Positions 57,400 to 64,000 of a stretch of DNA of 64,000 nt are shown here, one piece after another. The position numbers and the translations under genes are program-made. The stretch comes from Neocallimastix sp. 'constans' (Eukaryota), in NCBI GenBank assembly GCA_050613775.1, contig JBODTK010000104.1:372001-436000 (forward strand), written 5' to 3'. The notes beneath the pieces are model-generated. The model did no database searches, was not told the DNA's origin, and saw only the letters and a list, made by a program, of their open reading frames with translations. Position 1 is the stretch's first letter. Every line of letters begins with the position of its first letter.

Positions 57400-59415
57400 T
57401 TATTTTTTAAGTTCAACTAGATATTTTTTTATATCTTCTTTCGTAGAACGTTTACCTAATCCAAAATATAGACATAATATTTCTTCAGAATTAATTTTAT
57501 CAATGACTTTATTTATATCTGCTCCTTGCTCAACTAAATATCTTATTATTTTTTCGGTTGCATTCCTGCATGCAAAAAATAACGTTGTTTCACCAGATTT
57601 ATTTTCTTTATTAATATCTGCTCCTTGGTCAATTAAATATTTTACTATTTTTTTTATTTTCTCTCATGCATGCATAAAATAAAGCTGTTTCACCATATTC
57701 ATTTTCTATTGTGATATCTATTCCATGTTCAACTAAATATTTTACTAGATTTTCAATTAGACTTTCATTTCTTCCTTCGCATGCAATAAATAAAATTGTT
57801 TCTCCTTCGTCATTTTTAATTTTAACATCTGCTCCATGTTCCACTAAATATTCTACTATTTTTTCATTTCCACTCTTGCATGCATTAAACAAAGCTGTTT
57901 CTCCATGATCATTTCTTTTTTTTTATATCTACTTCTTGTTCAACTAAATATCTTACTATTTCTTCGTTTCCATCTATGCATGCATTAAAAAGAGGTGTTT
58001 CAGCTGATTCATTTTCTTTGTTAATATCTGCTCCTTATTCAACGAAATATTCTACTAATTTTACAGTTCCACTCCGGCATGCTTTAAATAGCGGTGTTTC
58101 AGACCGTTTATTTTCTTTATTAATATCTGCTCCATGTTCAACTAAATATTTTACTAGATTTTCATTTCCATTACGGCATATATCAAATAGTACTGTTTCA
58201 CCATATTCATTTACTATTGTTATATCTACTTCATGTTCTACTAAAAATTTTACTAGATTTTCATTTAGATTTTCATTTCCTCCTTCGCATGCAATAAATA
58301 AAATTGTTTCTCCTTCGTCATTTTTAATTTTAACATCTGTTCCATGTTCCACTAAATATTCTACCATTTTTTCATTCTTGCATGCATTAAATAAAGCTGT
58401 TTCTCCCATGTTTATTTTTTATTGTTATATCTATTCCAAGTTCAACTAAATATTTTACGAGATTTTCATTTCCAGTTTCGCATGCCATAAACAAAAGTGT
58501 TTCCCTCTTGGCATTTTTTTTTTTATTTTTTATATTTGCTCCCAGTTCCACGAAATATTTTACGAGATTTTCATTTCCACTTTTACATGCCATAAATAAC
58601 GGTGAATCACCGTTCATATCTACTATTCTCATACCGGCACCATGTTCAATTAAATATTTTGCTATTCTTTCATTTCCTTCTTCACATACACAATGTAATG
58701 AGGTTTTCTTACTACCATTTCCTTTATTTACATCCGCTCCATGTTTAATTAAATATTTTACAATTTTTTCATTTCCTTTTCAACAAGAACAACATAATGG
58801 TGTTTCATCATCATCATCATCATCATTTACTTCATTTACATCAGCTCCATGTTCAAATAAATATTTAATTATATGTTCTTTTCCATCTCCACATGCATCT
58901 ACAAAATAATCTTGAATATTTTCAGGAGAATCTTCTTTTAAAATTTTACATGGATAATCTTCTGTCGTCTGATTTATTGAAATTATATATTGATCATTAG
59001 ACATCATTCTATTTATGTCAGTGACAGAAATTGAGATTTTATTTTTATATTGATAAAGTAACATTATAATGAATTCATTATCATAAAATTTAAAGTTATC
59101 AAAAATAATTGATAATAACTGAATTTCATTATTTTTTATTAGTTTCTTTAATAAAGAAGAAGAAATCCAAAGAAAATCACTACAATTTTTTATTATAAAA
59201 TTTAATCTATTAGAAGTAAGCAAGCCATTTTCATAGATCTCCATAAGAAAATCTATTTTTTTTTTTTTTGAATTTCTTTTAATAATATTATTTATTGAAG
59301 ATTTTAATATTCTTTTTTTCCCATCATCTATATTTTTTATTAATAATTCAATTTTAAAGTTACTATTTGATTTTTTAATATTATAATTTCTATTTTTATT
59401 TTTTGAAGAAACCAT
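57400..59415 (-). pseudogene. Ankyrin-repeat protein, fragmented (copy B)
   Basis: ORFs 58780-59433, 58387-58632, 58035-58409 and 57629-57892 carry ankyrin repeats and are closely similar to copy A. Confidence 0.85.
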
Positions 59416-60596
59416 TTTTTTTTTAAAAAACAATAAGTATTAAAAATAAAAATTAAAAATTAAAATAAAAAGTTAAGCAATATATAAAATAAGTTTTATA
59501 TATTTTTATTTAATATAATTATTTAAAAAATAAAATAAAAATAAAATAAGATGAAATAAAAAAAAAAAAAAAAAAAAAAAAAAAATAAAAAAAAGAAAAA
59601 AAATTCATTTATATATAAATTTTTTTTTTTTTTTTATTTTATTATAAATATCATTTAGCCTTTCTTTAATATTATATTTAATTTTTAATTTATTTTAATT
59701 CCAAATTTTTTAATATTATATTTTAGAACTAAAAAAAAAATATTAAAATTTGGAAATAAATATACATACATATATATATATATATATTTTTTAGACAGGG
59801 AAGAAAATAAATATATATATATATATTTATGTATTGTAGTTCTAAATTTTTTTTTTTTTTTCTATTGGATGTTAGCAATAAAAAAAATTTTTTTTTTTTA
59901 TTTCTATATTTTTGGAACAAAATAAAATAATTATAGTATCAAAAATTATTTATAATAGTTTAAAAATAAATAAAATTTTAATATTAAATAAAATAAAAAA
60001 ATAAAAATAAAAATAAAAATAAAAATAAAAAATAAGAATTCCCTTTTTATCATATAACTATATTAAAAAATAAATGAGAATCTAGACATAAAATTATATA
60101 TATATATTCTGAATTGTGGAACTAAACTAATTTTTTTTTTTATTGGACGTTAAAAAATTAAAAAAAAAAAAAAAAAAAAAATTTTTTTTATTAATTTTAA
60201 TATTTATATTTTTATTTATTTACTTATTTATTTTATTTAATTTTATTCATTTTTGATTTATTTTAATTTTTTTTTCTTTTTTCTTTTTTATTTATATTTA
60301 TTTATATTTATATGATTTCAATTTATTTTATTTTATTTTATTTTTGTTCAATGATTTTTAAGAAAAGATTTTCGCATTTTTATGTTAATATATATATATA
60401 TTTATTAATAGTATTACTAATTTTTTTTTTTTTTTTTTTTATTTTATTAATTATATAGATTATATAGTATTATGATTATGGTTATTTCTATATAAATTTT
60501 TTTTTTTTTTTTTTTTTTTTTTAATAATTACATTTCGATATTTAGTGTGTTATTTAGTATGTTAAAATTTATAATAGTATTTTCTTTTTCTTTCTT

Positions 60597-60633
<37 letters not shown>

Positions 60634-60887
60634 TTAATTTTATTTTTTTAATAATTACATTTTTGATATTGAGTATGTTAGAATTAATAACAGTAATTTT
60701 TTTTTTTTTTTTTTTTTTTATTTCTAAAATTTTTAATTAAAAAAATTTTCTATTTAAAAGGTGATACTATCAAAATTATTTATTAAAAATTTTTGTATGG
60801 GGGATAAAAGAAAAATAAAAAAAATAAAATAAAATAAAATAACATTAAATAAAAAGATAATAATTAGAATTTATTAAACAAATATTA

Positions 60888-60933
<46 letters not shown>

Positions 60934-61154
60934 TTTTTTATTTTAATTTTTTAAACTTTTTTTTTTTTTTTTTTAATTATTATTATTTTTATTATTATTA
61001 TTTCTTTTATTTTTTTTTTTTTTTTTTTTCTTTTAATTTTTTCTTTCATTTTTTTTTTTTTTTAAAAAAAAAAAAAATAAATAAACATTATACATATGAA
61101 AATATGAATTTTTTTATTTTATTTTAATTTTTTTTTAATTTAATTTATTTTATT

Positions 61155-62888
61155 TTATTTTAAAATATTATTTTCAGTAATAATTTTTCCAAGTTGATTT
61201 CTATTACGTTGAAGGAAAATTGGGTATATAGAGAAAAACATGGAATCTACCACTTCATTTTTAGCTTCATCAAATACACCAAGAGTTGGAAGATTATTAA
61301 ATTCATGATTAATTCTTCCAATAATATCTGCTGTAATATTCACTGGAGCAGGACCTTCAATACTAATAAAGGTATTATAAAAAGTTTGATAGTAAGGAAG
61401 TAGCGGAGGTAATATAGGTAAATTAGGATCAAAGGATTCCTCATCAAGATTACTTGAAGATAAACTTCCACTATGCGAATTACTATACATCATATCTTGC
61501 AATGAAAACAAACTATAATATTCTGTTCCTCGACTATCGGCTTCAGCTTCCCCTAAATGATGCATGGTTCGACTTACCAATTTATGTAATGTACAATAGT
61601 TTTCCCAAAACAATACATTTTCAACTGAGAATTCTTGTACAGCTACCGTTTTTAATTCTTCAACTAAACTTGGATGTTTTAAAACTCTATAAAAGAATTC
61701 GATGGTATTCATTGAATCATTTGTTCTCTTTTTATTAATACGTTCAATTTTAATACATTGTACCAGCGGTATAATTACGGAAGTGAGTTGGATATATATT
61801 CCTATGATAACAAAGAAGAGGATCGCTTGCTTCGTACGTAAATAAATTTGATGTTTACTCGTTAATGATCTTTTCATTTCCTTTTCATCTAACGTAATAA
61901 TATCCTTCATTTCAAATTTAAAATAGAAATAAAGAAAACCAATTAAGATACTAATAATAGCACTACTAAAACAATCAAACTTATAACCAAATTTTTGATC
62001 ATCATTAATTTCAGAAAAGGCAAAGGTACCTGCAATCACTAAACAAATTGTAGTGAATAAAATAGTTAAGACTTCTGGTATTCTATACATGGTACGCATG
62101 TATGAAAATGTACTAACATTTTCTCTTTTAATATCGGCCACCAATGTAGAATTTTTTGCTAATTTATCCATATAACACTTACCATACATTTCACTATTAA
62201 TTCTTGCATTAATATCAACAAGAGAAAATCCACAAATTGTACCAAAACCTTTATGATCCATATTTGCCTTAATATGAAATCCTACGGATATTAATGAAAC
62301 TAAAAATACTAATAATGGAATTAAAATTTTAGTAAGCTTTTTATTTACTAAACGATAGATGGATTTGAAATAGATATTGGGTTCCACAAGACCTGAATTT
62401 TTTTCTGCTTTTTTAGTAAATTTATTTTTATTTAGAGTAGTCACCTTAAAAATATTTAATTTATATAAAAGAATAAGTCTAAAAGCACGAAAAACATAAC
62501 ATGCTTGCATTATAAATGTTGCTATCGTTGCTGAGTAATAGGTCAATGAACATGGTAATCTCATTATATTGGTTGAGGAATTACTAAAAGTAGATAAAAA
62601 ATTAGCTATTCCACCAATAAAAGTAAGTACGAAATTTCTTTGTTTGAAAATATACCAATCTTTATATTTTATAATCCATAACAATGGTACGAAATAATAT
62701 ATTAATAATAATATTTCCAAAACACAATACATTTTACCACTTTTAGTTTCTAAACCTATAAATATTCCTACAGTTCCATCATATTTGTCATTTACATAAT
62801 TATAAAATTTATATTTTGAATCCTTAAAAGTACAATAATAATTATTTATTTCTTCAGTAGAGGAGGTGATATTAACAGGTGTTGACAT
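61155..62888 (-). CDS. Multi-pass (about 7TM) membrane protein with C-terminal RGS domain (AtRGS1/GprK-like architecture)
   Basis: 577-aa intact ORF with about seven hydrophobic segments, then RGS motifs EFSVENVLFWE, YNTFISIEGPAPVNI and FDEAKNEVVDSM...YPIFL. Confidence 0.9.
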   Translation of the reverse strand: MSTPVNITSSTEEINNYYCTFKDSKYKFYNYVNDKYDGTVGIFIGLETKSGKMYCVLEILLLIYYFVPLLWIIKYKDWYIFKQRNFVLTFIGGIANFLSTFSNSSTNIMRLPCSLTYYSATIATFIMQACYVFRAFRLILLYKLNIFKVTTLNKNKFTKKAEKNSGLVEPNIYFKSIYRLVNKKLTKILIPLLVFLVSLISVGFHIKANMDHKGFGTICGFSLVDINARINSEMYGKCYMDKLAKNSTLVADIKRENVSTFSYMRTMYRIPEVLTILFTTICLVIAGTFAFSEINDDQKFGYKFDCFSSAIISILIGFLYFYFKFEMKDIITLDEKEMKRSLTSKHQIYLRTKQAILFFVIIGIYIQLTSVIIPLVQCIKIERINKKRTNDSMNTIEFFYRVLKHPSLVEELKTVAVQEFSVENVLFWENYCTLHKLVSRTMHHLGEAEADSRGTEYYSLFSLQDMMYSNSHSGSLSSSNLDEESFDPNLPILPPLLPYYQTFYNTFISIEGPAPVNITADIIGRINHEFNNLPTLGVFDEAKNEVVDSMFFSIYPIFLQRNRNQLGKIITENNILK

Positions 62889-62891
62889 TTT

Positions 62892-62922
<31 letters not shown>

Positions 62923-64000
62923 CTAAATAAATAAAAAATATATCTATATTATATATTATAGATGTATAATTATGATATTCTTATAATATTTATTTAGCTT
63001 TGAACTTTTTTAATTTCTGTTGATAATATATATTTAGTATTTTTTTTTTTTTTTTTTACTTTAATTAATTTATATTAATTAATTTATATATATTTTTAAT
63101 AATAAATACCTTTATTAAATTATACTTTTTTTTTTTTTAATAAGTAATTTTATATTTATAATAAAACTTTTTTCCTTTATTTTATTTTATTTTTTTTTTT
63201 TGACAATTACTGAAATATTTTACATTAAATAATATTTTCTATTATTTCAATAGAAAGTCACTTTGTGTTTGACCTTTATTTTAATTTGTTATATATTTTA
63301 AATAAATTATACTTTAATTTATTAATTATATTTAACAAAAAAAGTATTTTATTATACTCATATTATATATATATATGTATAAATATTTGAAATTATATAA
63401 AGACAATAAAAATATATATAAATTATCTTTTATTGTATGAAAGATAATACTAAGGGGATATGATTGATATGATTTTCTTTTAATATATATATATTATAAG
63501 TTATATTAAATATGATTTGCAAAGGAAGTATAAATTGTTATTTTGTTATATAAATTTATTAAACTTAACAAAGTATGATAGTAATTTGATTTATTTTTTT
63601 TCTTATTTTGTTATAAATTTATTAAACTTTTTTTTTTCTCTTTTAGAGTATATAACTATATAAATTATATTTATAAGGAATAACTATATATATATAATTT
63701 ATATAATTTATAAAATTTGTTTAACAAATAACTATTTTTTTTCTTAATATATACTATATAGAAAAGTTAGAAAAGGATTAAATAATAATTTTTTAATTTA
63801 AAAAAAAAAAAATAATATACAAAACAACAATTTAACTTTTAAATAAAGAAAATATTAATATATATTCCTTTATTCCTTAATCATTCTTCAAATCTTTTCC
63901 CCTCTTTTTTTTAACTTAATTTAAAATTACTTTTTAATATATATATAAATTTTATTTTTTCAAAGTAATACGTGATGACTTTTTTTTTTTTTTTTTTTTT

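Overview
Extremely AT-rich eukaryotic DNA. Homopolymers, (AAT)n tracts and the gene content suggest an anaerobic gut fungus (Neocallimastigomycota); this is an inference. The window is mostly a nested transposon graveyard between two direct-repeat, frameshifted ankyrin paralogues (about 2.0-4.0 kb and 57.4-59.4 kb), followed by an intact single-exon 7TM-RGS gene. It holds four Ty1/copia elements, a degenerate Ty3/gypsy with a -1 frameshift signal, an intact and very young chromovirus, several solo or partial LTRs, a 5'-truncated LINE with a 15-bp TSD, and a MULE carrying a 3.7-kb satellite. A bacterial-type PI-PLC/ricin-lectin pseudogene is split by a 17-kb nest of insertions. The most interesting signals concern priming. 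Three dissimilar copia elements share a PBS complementary to the anticodon arm of tRNA-Lys(CUU), suggesting half-tRNA-Lys priming. The chromovirus has a Tf1-like self-priming PBS complementary to its own predicted transcript 5' end. All alignments were made by eye.
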